This document shows positions 51,271 through 60,448 of a DNA stretch of 64,000 bases, in pieces. Position 1 is the stretch's first letter. Every line of letters starts with the position of its first letter. The notes below the pieces were generated by a model, which was not told the DNA's origin, did not search any database, and was given only the letters and a program-made list of their open reading frames with translations. Origin of the DNA: a virus (lineage: Duplodnaviria > Caudoviricetes); the IMG/VR virus record IMGVR_UViG_3300048024_000800, positions 10,952-74,951 of that record. The stretch is one strand, 5' to 3'. The translations under genes were made by a program, and so were the position numbers.

Positions 51271-52533
51271 ATGTCAGACCCAGGAGATTTTAAGAATAAT
51301 CCGTTATATACGGATATAACAAAACTTGATGCGCTATCACCCTCGCCATCTTTTTCTTATAACTGGAACAAAGCATCGGGAAGATGGGACCCTGCAGCGG
51401 AAGTAGATTTTATACTAGAAGGGTTATCTGGAGAGCTCGCAGAGTTAAACAGACAAAGCTCTAGTAGTGTAAAATTATTGTCAGGTATCTCAGGAGAACT
51501 CTCAAATATTCATGTTGAGGTTGAGATCGACAGGGATATAGAATCCCATAGGTTACTATCAGGCATTCATGGCGAATTGCTTAACCTAGGGGTAAACGAC
51601 ACGAGATCCCATGAGTTGCTATCAGGAGTAAAATCAGAATTATCAAACATACACGTTGATGTAGAGATAGATAAAGATGTTGAATCTCATAGATTGCTAT
51701 CTGGAGTCTTAGATTCGCTTACTAATCTTGATGTAAACGACACAAAAGCTCACGGTTTGCTATCAGGTTTATCTATAGGTTTATCAAATCTAGATGTAGA
51801 TGACAATAAAACCCACGAACTACTTTCGGGAGTAATAGGAAAACTTGACCAAATAGGAGGAACCCCATCCGATCCCATTAGCGGAAATCAATCAAGAAGC
51901 AAGTCTCAACAATGGAAACTTAGAACCAAGACGGTTTCGCAAAAAATAGAAGAAGACTTTATACTTATGGAAGACATTCCTGAAGAATTAAGGTTTGGCT
52001 CAAACTCTGGAGATTGCTTAGGTCAAGACAGAAACATAAAAGATGATTTATTCGGAAACTACTTCAATAATGGAAGAAAAAATTCCAGTGAACCAGAAAA
52101 ATCACATCCAGATTTTTTCTTGCACGCAGAATATACAAAACCTGATAGATGCAGAGACTCTTTTTCTACCTTTGATAGCGATACTCAATACGGATTAAGA
52201 CAAGAAAACTTTAAGGCTAGTTTAAAAAATTCTTACGAACTACAAGATTATAATGAATTATATGAAAGAGGACTACTTGATCATATTGTAATATACAACC
52301 ACTCTCCTTATCCCATACAGTTTCACACTAGCGATAGAAGGTTTTCAATAACAGATTCAGTAAAAGAAGGAAAAGATAATTTAATATTCCTCGATCCAGA
52401 TATGGCCGTTAAGATACACAATGACGAAGCAGGAAGAGTTTTTGTAAAAAGACCGCATACTATATCAGGATATTCAGTAGATTACGCAATTATATATAAA
52501 GTTCCAGCGGAGCAAGACAGGATCGACGGCTAA
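51271..52533 (+). CDS. Hypothetical (probably virion) protein with H-x-LLSG repeats
   Basis: GTGTAAT motif upstream; six LLSG repeats with 21/25-aa spacing. Confidence 0.6.
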   Translation: MSDPGDFKNNPLYTDITKLDALSPSPSFSYNWNKASGRWDPAAEVDFILEGLSGELAELNRQSSSSVKLLSGISGELSNIHVEVEIDRDIESHRLLSGIHGELLNLGVNDTRSHELLSGVKSELSNIHVDVEIDKDVESHRLLSGVLDSLTNLDVNDTKAHGLLSGLSIGLSNLDVDDNKTHELLSGVIGKLDQIGGTPSDPISGNQSRSKSQQWKLRTKTVSQKIEEDFILMEDIPEELRFGSNSGDCLGQDRNIKDDLFGNYFNNGRKNSSEPEKSHPDFFLHAEYTKPDRCRDSFSTFDSDTQYGLRQENFKASLKNSYELQDYNELYERGLLDHIVIYNHSPYPIQFHTSDRRFSITDSVKEGKDNLIFLDPDMAVKIHNDEAGRVFVKRPHTISGYSVDYAIIYKVPAEQDRIDG

Positions 52534-52938
52534 ATGGACTATTTCAGAATCAAAGACCCTCTAAAAAGGGTAGGTCCAGATAGTTATATAATCGGGAAAA
52601 GCTTAACTGAACCACAGTTAAGGTTAGATGGAAACAGGCTTGAGGTTGATGAGATATATGCAACTTCCGCTTTATTTATAAACGGCCTAAATGTATCAGA
52701 CTACATAACAGGAAGCTCACTGCAAGATCAAAATTTTAACTCTAACCTTCGAGACAGTAGGCTTGATATATCAGAAGCCTTTGAGAAAGATGAGTTGGGA
52801 GATATATCCCCTTCTAACGCCCCACTTATATCAGATTCAATGTGGATATTAAGGGATGATAATAATCTAGAATTAAGAGCTAATATCTGGAGGTATGATA
52901 CAGGCCCCGAAGCTTTTACAGATGATATATCTTTTTAA
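52534..52938 (+). CDS. Hypothetical protein
   Basis: Abuts the previous gene; acidic composition. Confidence 0.55.
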   Translation: MDYFRIKDPLKRVGPDSYIIGKSLTEPQLRLDGNRLEVDEIYATSALFINGLNVSDYITGSSLQDQNFNSNLRDSRLDISEAFEKDELGDISPSNAPLISDSMWILRDDNNLELRANIWRYDTGPEAFTDDISF

Positions 52939-52946
52939 TAATATTT

Positions 52947-52960
52947 GTGTAATATAAGTA
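52947..52960 (+). promoter_or_regulatory. Putative late promoter motif GTGTAATA
   Basis: GTGTAATATAAGTA-ATG. Confidence 0.6.
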
Positions 52961-55546
52961 ATGGCTACAAGAAATTTAGTTCCAAGGAATAGCGGAGAAG
53001 GTGGAGTCGGCAGGCTAGACAAAGCTTGGGCGACAGGAGTATTTGATAATTTATATTTTGGCGGATTAATGGTCTCCATGGACCAAAACGTAAGAACCTC
53101 AGATAGTGTAGAGTTTGTGAGTGGAAATTTTACAGACTCCTTAACGCTCGGAGGGGTAGATGTTTCCAAGCTGGGCACATCAATATCCCAAGTAGAATCT
53201 GGAGCTGCAGAATTTCTTTTTATATCCGATGTCCAAGATAATAACGGCGTAACAAACAAGACCTTCTTTGACTCCCCGGATCCAAATCTTTATTTATCAG
53301 GAATAACAGTTGCATCTGCATCAGATCTAAGAGTGGAAATACAATGGGATGGCCCAAATTACGATTACATGGGGGAAGCTTTTATTAATAATCAAAAAAT
53401 ACCCTTAAGTAACATTGAGCAGTTAGGGCAAGACACCCGAAGATTTAAAGGTTTTTTGAATAATATAAACCTAGAGGGAGCCACATCAATAACCGCAACA
53501 GCTAACGGAAGAGTTTCTGAAATTTCATTAAACGAACTAGGTTTAGGTCCTGAGCCAATAAACATATTCATAGATGAAATTATCAACGCTACGCCAAAAC
53601 CCCAGCAACAGCTAGGAGTAAGCCACTTAAAAGCTGGAGATAAAATAAACATATATGCAGACTTCGACACAAACGATATAACTTTAATAAAAGTTCACGG
53701 GTACGGATTAGCTCAAGAGATAGATTTCACTAACTATCAACTATCAAACCTGGGGGGCCGTTATAGAGCCACAATACCAGTGACCATCTCTAACGAAACA
53801 GGACCTCAACCCGTTGCAGTACAAGCGATAAACTCTTTTGGCTCCACAGGAGAGCTTAAAGAGTCTACCGACTTTATGCATTCTAGCGGGACAAGAAATT
53901 TAGATCAATCATACCCCATAATATCAGCCAATAATCCCAGTTCGTACAATGGAAGATCTGATGGATTAAGAGAGGGAGAGAGCACCTCCTTCTCAAACAC
54001 CATTTCAAACTGGTCCAACACCTCCGATACAGTTTCATACACAGCCCTAAATTCAGACATTTCGATATCCAATACATCAACCTTTGAAAGCAGCAAGTCG
54101 GTAAATTATGTAAATGGAATATACAACAATTCAGACAATATAGAAATTAACGCAGTAAGAACAAACAACGGAGCAACCGATACGGAAAGAGTAAAAGTTA
54201 AAATCGAAAACGGCCCCGCAATAACAGGCGCAAATTTATCCGCTATAGCTACATCCTCAATACCGCCTCACTCTATAGGGACATCAGAGGTGAAAGCTGG
54301 AGACGTAGTAGGTTCAGAAATATTTATAGATGGAAAAGGTGTTAGTATAAACGACATCTCTATTTCTATAAGAGATGAAGGCTTATCAAATGGCTCTCAA
54401 ACTAACTACAACTCAAACTTCTCCAAGACCGTATTGAGCGACGGAAGTTTTAAATTCGAAGTTCCGATAAATGTATTCGGGTCAATAGGCTCTTCGTCTA
54501 GAGATGGAGATCTCCCTATATCAATAAGAGCTAAGAATAATTTTGGCTCTACTAGCGACAAATTCACCACTTCAGACACCGCTCGACTTAACAACCTAAG
54601 CTTTCCGTCTGTGAATATCGGAGTAATATCCTACCCCAATTCACAACAAGCTATAAAATCCACGGAATCAGCAACCCTGAATAACACGGCTTCAAATTTC
54701 GACATTATAACTTATTCCTCTCAAAACAATCAACTCTCAATAGATAATTCCTCGTCGTTCCAATCCCTAAAAAATGTATCCTACTTAAATGGTAGTTATA
54801 ATATAAAATCAGACGGAGGAGATAACAATATAAAAATATCCGCCACAAAAAACTCTAATGGAATAACTATAGAAAAGGAAGATGTTATAAATATCGCAAA
54901 CACTCCACTAAGCTTGTCAATAATTAACCTTTCTCAAAAACTAAGTAGCTCACCGAGCGGAAACCAAGATCAGTTTTCTTTAGCGAGCGACCAACTAATG
55001 TTAGCGAACCCAACCTTAAGTACTGATACAGCCCAAGCAAACTCGTCAACTCTATCTCAAAACTCCCAAGGTACAGGAAAATTAAGCAACTCTTATACGA
55101 TTACAGCTCTAGATGTAGATACAAAAGGAACCTTCTCCTGGCAAGCTTCGGCAGTCAATCTTGCAGGAATAGAAACTACGTCAATAGCAGTAAACCCCAC
55201 ATATAAATTGGAGGGTTTTTCCTCAAGAACGATAGAAGCTTCACCCAACAGTATTGGGCAAGGTTTAGCAAGCATAGGAACCTCAGTATCCAACCCTAAT
55301 AATTTATCCCTTGAGAACATTTCGGAAGGAGGTTCCGCACAAAACGGAGGAACGATTTACACATACCAAACATACACAAACGGAGTCCAACTAGACAACA
55401 CTTACGATATTAATAATAAATTTGCCATATGCGACATAAACGGAATCACCAACTCTAATGGAGATCATGTATTTAATTTAGATAAGTTGAATAGGTCCGC
55501 CAACACATCTACATTAAATCCCGCCAGTTTCGTAATTTCTGAATAA
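52961..55546 (+). CDS. Ser/Asn/Thr-rich structural (fibre or decoration) protein with repeated Ig-like units
   Basis: N-terminal NLVPR.....G...K.W and DQNVRTSDSVEF motifs seen in phage fibres; duplicated unit (KAGD..., A.N.FGST, YP....., ES..F.NT.SN, FES.K.V.Y.NG.YN). Confidence 0.6.
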   Translation: MATRNLVPRNSGEGGVGRLDKAWATGVFDNLYFGGLMVSMDQNVRTSDSVEFVSGNFTDSLTLGGVDVSKLGTSISQVESGAAEFLFISDVQDNNGVTNKTFFDSPDPNLYLSGITVASASDLRVEIQWDGPNYDYMGEAFINNQKIPLSNIEQLGQDTRRFKGFLNNINLEGATSITATANGRVSEISLNELGLGPEPINIFIDEIINATPKPQQQLGVSHLKAGDKINIYADFDTNDITLIKVHGYGLAQEIDFTNYQLSNLGGRYRATIPVTISNETGPQPVAVQAINSFGSTGELKESTDFMHSSGTRNLDQSYPIISANNPSSYNGRSDGLREGESTSFSNTISNWSNTSDTVSYTALNSDISISNTSTFESSKSVNYVNGIYNNSDNIEINAVRTNNGATDTERVKVKIENGPAITGANLSAIATSSIPPHSIGTSEVKAGDVVGSEIFIDGKGVSINDISISIRDEGLSNGSQTNYNSNFSKTVLSDGSFKFEVPINVFGSIGSSSRDGDLPISIRAKNNFGSTSDKFTTSDTARLNNLSFPSVNIGVISYPNSQQAIKSTESATLNNTASNFDIITYSSQNNQLSIDNSSSFQSLKNVSYLNGSYNIKSDGGDNNIKISATKNSNGITIEKEDVINIANTPLSLSIINLSQKLSSSPSGNQDQFSLASDQLMLANPTLSTDTAQANSSTLSQNSQGTGKLSNSYTITALDVDTKGTFSWQASAVNLAGIETTSIAVNPTYKLEGFSSRTIEASPNSIGQGLASIGTSVSNPNNLSLENISEGGSAQNGGTIYTYQTYTNGVQLDNTYDINNKFAICDINGITNSNGDHVFNLDKLNRSANTSTLNPASFVISE

Positions 55547-55561
55547 ATATTCGAATTTATT

Positions 55562-55576
55562 GTGTAATAAAGCTCA
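55562..55576 (+). promoter_or_regulatory. Putative late promoter motif GTGTAATA
   Basis: GTGTAATAAAGCTCA-ATG. Confidence 0.6.
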
Positions 55577-56656
55577 ATGAATATATTGCTTACTGCTAAC
55601 TATAAAAACGGGTTATTCAGCAACGGACTTCAACAAAATATAGTTTTCCTTGCTGAACTATTAAAAGGTATTGGCTTTACTCCAATTATTGCCATAAATC
55701 ATAAAACAGAAGAATGCATTGATCCACCATCTGATATTTTAATTATAGAAGAAAATGAATTATTAGAATATTGTGAAGATATATCTTTTATATTAAATAC
55801 CGCATGGATGATTAATGCTGATAAAGTAAATTTTATAAAAAAATCAAACCCTGAATGTAAGAACGTTCACGTATTATACGGTAATTCAATGCTTGCGGAT
55901 ATTGAAAGGTGCAGTTGGGAAGATCACATATCAGTAAATCCGGACGCGGTCGATGAAGTTTGGATCTCCCCGCATTATGAAATATCATTCGAATACTTTA
56001 AAACCTACTACAAAACAGATAAGGTTTTTGAGCTACCCTATATATGGTCGCCAAAGTATGTAAAAATTCACGAAAAAATATGGAACTCAATAAACAAAAG
56101 CTGCTTTTATAATGAAAAAGATAAAAAACACATAGCAATACTAGAGCCCAATCTAAACATAACAAAGCATTGCCTTCCATCGATTATGGCGCTAGAAGAA
56201 TTTTTTAATCAAAACGGAAAAGAGCTTAAAAAAGATATAAATGTTTACTGCAGCGCGAAATTAATAGACAAACTCTATTTCAAGACCTTAATTAATAAAT
56301 TAAACATATTTAAACATAAAAAAATATTCTTCGCAAAAAGAAAAAAGGTTGCAGAAATCTTCTCCCACGAATGCGATTTAGTAGTATCTCACCAATTGCT
56401 AAACGGACTGAATTATACATACCTCGAAGCCTTATACTTTAATATCCCACTGGTACATAATTCAGAATACATAAAAGAAGCGGGTTATTTCTATCCAGAT
56501 TATGACACTAATTTAGCCGCAAAAGCTATAAAAAATGCCATAACGAACCATAGCAAAAACCTACAACAGTACAAGGAAAAATCAGCACAAGTACTAAATA
56601 AATATTCACCAACAAACCCAATTGTTATAGAAAAATATAAAAAATTATTGTCATGA
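55577..56656 (+). CDS. DUF2827-like putative GT-B glycosyltransferase (paralog 1)
   Basis: LFSNGLQQNIVFL, PYIWSP, ILEPN.NITK.CLP, VVSHQ..N.LNY.YLEALY...PLVHNS....GY.YP. Confidence 0.75.
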   Translation: MNILLTANYKNGLFSNGLQQNIVFLAELLKGIGFTPIIAINHKTEECIDPPSDILIIEENELLEYCEDISFILNTAWMINADKVNFIKKSNPECKNVHVLYGNSMLADIERCSWEDHISVNPDAVDEVWISPHYEISFEYFKTYYKTDKVFELPYIWSPKYVKIHEKIWNSINKSCFYNEKDKKHIAILEPNLNITKHCLPSIMALEEFFNQNGKELKKDINVYCSAKLIDKLYFKTLINKLNIFKHKKIFFAKRKKVAEIFSHECDLVVSHQLLNGLNYTYLEALYFNIPLVHNSEYIKEAGYFYPDYDTNLAAKAIKNAITNHSKNLQQYKEKSAQVLNKYSPTNPIVIEKYKKLLS

Positions 56657-57765
56657 AAATAGGAATCACACTCGATATGTCCACGGCCTTTTGGGCCAGC
56701 GGAATGCAACAGCACATAACTTTTTTATACGATTTGTTTAAAAGAATAGGTCACGAATGTCACTACATAGTAAAAGAAAAACCTAAAAATAAAATGCATT
56801 TCAAACATACAGGTATGCTATTTACAGATTTAATGGAGGATGGTAATGAAAAGTTTGATCTATTAATTATTGCTGGATATGATATTCCCGCGAATGCTGT
56901 AAAAAAACTTAAACAAAGAAACGAAAAACTAAAAGTTATAGTCGCTCATTTCGGCCATAAATTAAACATTGATACATTTAATACCATGTTCTCAACAAGA
57001 TATCCCAATAAAGATTATGAGTTAAACCCAAAATCTTTCGGCAAGGATATAGATCAAATATGGATATTACCTCACCACGAATCAGGCAAAGAGTATATAA
57101 AAACCTACTATGGAAACGACAATGTAATAACAACACCCATGATATGGGAGCCGTCATTCGTTCAGGAAGAAATTAATAAATTAAAAAACAAAAACTTATC
57201 TCCATTTTTCAAAAAAGAGTTCTCTAAAAAAGTTTGTATCTTTGAGCCAAACGTCAATATGTTAAAAACCTGCATGGTGCCATTAATGATCTGCGAAAGA
57301 CTGGAGTTCAAAAAACCCAATAACATAGAATCCATAAATGTTTTTTGTGCAGAAAGAATCAGAGAAAGAAAATATTTTGAAGTATTCGTAAAAAGATTAG
57401 ATATACTGCAAAAGAAAGATTTTTGTTATTTTAATAATAGATGGTCATCACTCGATGCGTTAAGTAAGTTTGGAAGTGTTATAGTGAGCCACCAGGAAGA
57501 TTGTCAATATAATTACGCAAACTTCGAGCAGCTGTACATGGGCTTACCTTTAATCCACAATTGCCCAGATCTCTGTAATATCGGATATTATTATGAAAAA
57601 CACGACATATTAGGGGGATCCAACCAGCTTTATAGCGCAATGATAAATCACGAAGAAGTTCAAGATCAATACACTCAGCAAGCAAGAGAAAAATTAAAAG
57701 AGTTTAGCCCATTCGAAACAAAAACTATAAACATCTTTTCAAAAATAATAGATGACATTAAATAA
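56653..57765 (+). CDS. DUF2827-like putative GT-B glycosyltransferase (paralog 2)
   Basis: IGIT....FWASGMQQH..FL, PMIWEP, IFEPNVN.LKT..VP..ICE, IVSHQ....YNY..FE.LY.GLPLIHN....GYYY. Confidence 0.75.
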   Translation: MKIGITLDMSTAFWASGMQQHITFLYDLFKRIGHECHYIVKEKPKNKMHFKHTGMLFTDLMEDGNEKFDLLIIAGYDIPANAVKKLKQRNEKLKVIVAHFGHKLNIDTFNTMFSTRYPNKDYELNPKSFGKDIDQIWILPHHESGKEYIKTYYGNDNVITTPMIWEPSFVQEEINKLKNKNLSPFFKKEFSKKVCIFEPNVNMLKTCMVPLMICERLEFKKPNNIESINVFCAERIRERKYFEVFVKRLDILQKKDFCYFNNRWSSLDALSKFGSVIVSHQEDCQYNYANFEQLYMGLPLIHNCPDLCNIGYYYEKHDILGGSNQLYSAMINHEEVQDQYTQQAREKLKEFSPFETKTINIFSKIIDDIK

Positions 57766-60448
57766 AATAAGTAAAGCTTTTTTCATAAATTTAGATAGAA
57801 GAAAAGATAGGTTAGAACATATAAATAAAAACCTACCATTTTTAGCAGAAAGGTTTCCTGCTATTGACGCGAAAAACCTAGAGTTAAACGATGAAATAAA
57901 AAAAATATTCGATAAAAACTTACAAAAATTTACAAAAGCAGAAATATCATGCTCCCTGAGTCATTATAAGCTATGGAAAAACCTAACACTAGATAAAGGC
58001 GCTGACAATTATTTAATATTAGAAGATGACGCGGTCTTCAAAGAAGGGTTTACGAATTTCTGGAATCAAGTGTTCAGTAAACATATACCTGAAAATTATA
58101 ATTTAATATACTTAGGCGGTTGTCAGCCTTGGAATAAACCCCACTACCATAAAGCATTAGAAAAATATAATAATTATTTCTTTAACATTAAAAGAAACGA
58201 TTTTTTCACTAAAAATGATCATTTTTGGCACATGAATGCAAGCTCATATGTTTTAAGTAAAACTGCTGCAAGTTTATTATGTCAATGGGTTGAGCAGAAT
58301 GGAATAGATGATGCGCTTGATAATTTCATGCAAAGATTCTTTAATAAAAATGAGTTACTTGCTTCACCAAAAAGTATATATCATCTTAATCCACTCATGA
58401 GCTATCAATTGCACGAAGAAAATGACAATACAGAAATAGATAAAAAATCAGATTTAAGATTCGCAGAAGAAAAGTTTCAGTCGGTTGATTTAAAAAATAT
58501 ATTGTACTGGAAACACGAAACTGGAAGTGGTAATTTTGGCGACGAATTGAATGTTCCCGTAGGTAAGTTTTTGTTTGGAAATAGTGTTGACTTTAATAAA
58601 GAGGGTTCTGCGGAATCAATTAGGTTGATTGGTTCAAATTTAGGGGATATAAAAAGAGGTGATATTGTTTCTGGCGTGGGTTTTCATCATCACACTCAAA
58701 AAATAGAGTCAATAGGCGTCGAGTTTAATTGTGTTCGCGGTCCACTAAGTTTAAAAACTCTGAACCAACAGCTTGATGAGCCCAAGAATTGTTTTCTTGG
58801 TGACCCAGCATTATTATTGAAACTATTTCATGAGCCTAATTTACGCGAAGAGCTTGTAGATAAAATTGGAGTTGTGCCGCATATTTCTAATATCGATTAT
58901 TTTAAGAAACAAGTTGGTCAGCTTGGTGATTTTTATTTGATTGATCCAACGAATTCATGGGAGCAGGTGGTGAGTGAAATTTATTCTTGTAGATCGATAA
59001 TATCAAGTTCTTTACACGGTTTGATTTGCTCGGACGCTTACGACAAACCAAATGTGTGGATAAAAGTTCCAGGACAATCAATTCCTCCTTGTGATAAAAA
59101 TAGTGATTATGGGGATTTCAAGTATTGGGATTATCTTTTAAGTCAAGGTAGGAAAGTTGAATTTATTAACAATATAAAAGATGACTTGTCGAGCAAATTG
59201 TATGGCGGGGGTAATAAAATTGATTTAGATAAAATGTTCTTTGCTATTTCTGGCAAAAAACTAATTAAAAACAATTGTTTTCCAAATTTAAAACCAATTT
59301 CATCAAATCAAATACCCAAAAAAATTCATCTATCTTGGAAAAATAAAAATGTACTTGATTCAAACTACGAACTTATTCGAAAAGGCGCGAAAAACCTAGA
59401 GCTACTGAATCCAGATTGGGACGTTCAGGTTTATGATGACGAGGACGTCAATCGATTACTGCGCGATTCAATTGGTCGCGACAATTGGAATTTAATAAAA
59501 GACAGAAAAATTACCGAAAAAACAGATTTGTGGAGATTATTAAAAACATATAAGGAAGGCGGGTTGTATGTTGATATTGATAGATATATTGATACTCCAA
59601 TATCTGAAATTGTTAATCATAAAACATCATGTGTTTTACCAACTTTTCAAGACGTAGATTTCTCTCAAGATTTTATTTTGACTTGCGCGAAAAACCCAAT
59701 CATAGGTCGAGCAATAGCAAACAATTTAAATTACAGAAAACAAGGAAAGCCTTTGTTTTTCTTGGCTGTATATTCTTACATGCAATCGGTGTGTGAAATT
59801 TTAGGCGCAAAGATTGTTGATCGCGGCAACAATCCAGAATATTTTAACGACATAAGAAAGCAAGTTGAGGCTTGTGCATATCTTGAAACTTTCCGCGAAA
59901 TTGGTCCAGAATATCACACATTATACAGAAACATCGACAAACAATTTAATGCACAAATGTTTGAAAAAGATAAAGCAGATTTTTATAATGCAGAAAATGT
60001 TGTTCATTGGAATGCGCAAACTCAAGCATTTCATGTTTCACAAAAAACAAAAAAACAAAAATTAATATTCACACAAAATAATTTATTTGAGCAGGATTTT
60101 ATATGTGAGTTGTTTGATGATTTTGATGTTGTTATCAATGAAGATATGAATATTGTAGAAGAGAATAGTGTGATTGTGTATAGCGATATGTATGCGAAAA
60201 ACATAAATGCATATCCAGAAAAATTCCGCGAAAACCTAAATCAATTGCGCGCAAAGCAAAATCAATATTTTGAAAAATTAAAAAATAAAAATTGTATATT
60301 GGTTCATTTGAGCGACGAACATTGTCACGCCGAAATTGATCATTACAAAAATTTTAAACATGTGTTTCGACAATATTATAGAAAAGATGCTGTAGCAAAC
60401 AATGTAACATTTATTCCTTTGGGATACAAGAAAGGGTTTAAATCATGA
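57752..60448 (+). CDS. Multidomain glycan enzyme: GT25, polysaccharide pyruvyltransferase-like, GT32 (DxD) and N-terminal half of an exostosin/GT47-like domain
   Basis: INLDRRKDR..C.LSH..LW..LILEDD (GT25); GNFGDEL..VRGPLS..GDPALL..SSSLHG (pyruvyltransferase); IPKKIH..W..KTDLWR...Y.EGGLYVDID (GT32); LVHLSDE..VFRQYY..IPLGY. Confidence 0.85.
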   Translation: MTLNKISKAFFINLDRRKDRLEHINKNLPFLAERFPAIDAKNLELNDEIKKIFDKNLQKFTKAEISCSLSHYKLWKNLTLDKGADNYLILEDDAVFKEGFTNFWNQVFSKHIPENYNLIYLGGCQPWNKPHYHKALEKYNNYFFNIKRNDFFTKNDHFWHMNASSYVLSKTAASLLCQWVEQNGIDDALDNFMQRFFNKNELLASPKSIYHLNPLMSYQLHEENDNTEIDKKSDLRFAEEKFQSVDLKNILYWKHETGSGNFGDELNVPVGKFLFGNSVDFNKEGSAESIRLIGSNLGDIKRGDIVSGVGFHHHTQKIESIGVEFNCVRGPLSLKTLNQQLDEPKNCFLGDPALLLKLFHEPNLREELVDKIGVVPHISNIDYFKKQVGQLGDFYLIDPTNSWEQVVSEIYSCRSIISSSLHGLICSDAYDKPNVWIKVPGQSIPPCDKNSDYGDFKYWDYLLSQGRKVEFINNIKDDLSSKLYGGGNKIDLDKMFFAISGKKLIKNNCFPNLKPISSNQIPKKIHLSWKNKNVLDSNYELIRKGAKNLELLNPDWDVQVYDDEDVNRLLRDSIGRDNWNLIKDRKITEKTDLWRLLKTYKEGGLYVDIDRYIDTPISEIVNHKTSCVLPTFQDVDFSQDFILTCAKNPIIGRAIANNLNYRKQGKPLFFLAVYSYMQSVCEILGAKIVDRGNNPEYFNDIRKQVEACAYLETFREIGPEYHTLYRNIDKQFNAQMFEKDKADFYNAENVVHWNAQTQAFHVSQKTKKQKLIFTQNNLFEQDFICELFDDFDVVINEDMNIVEENSVIVYSDMYAKNINAYPEKFRENLNQLRAKQNQYFEKLKNKNCILVHLSDEHCHAEIDHYKNFKHVFRQYYRKDAVANNVTFIPLGYKKGFKS

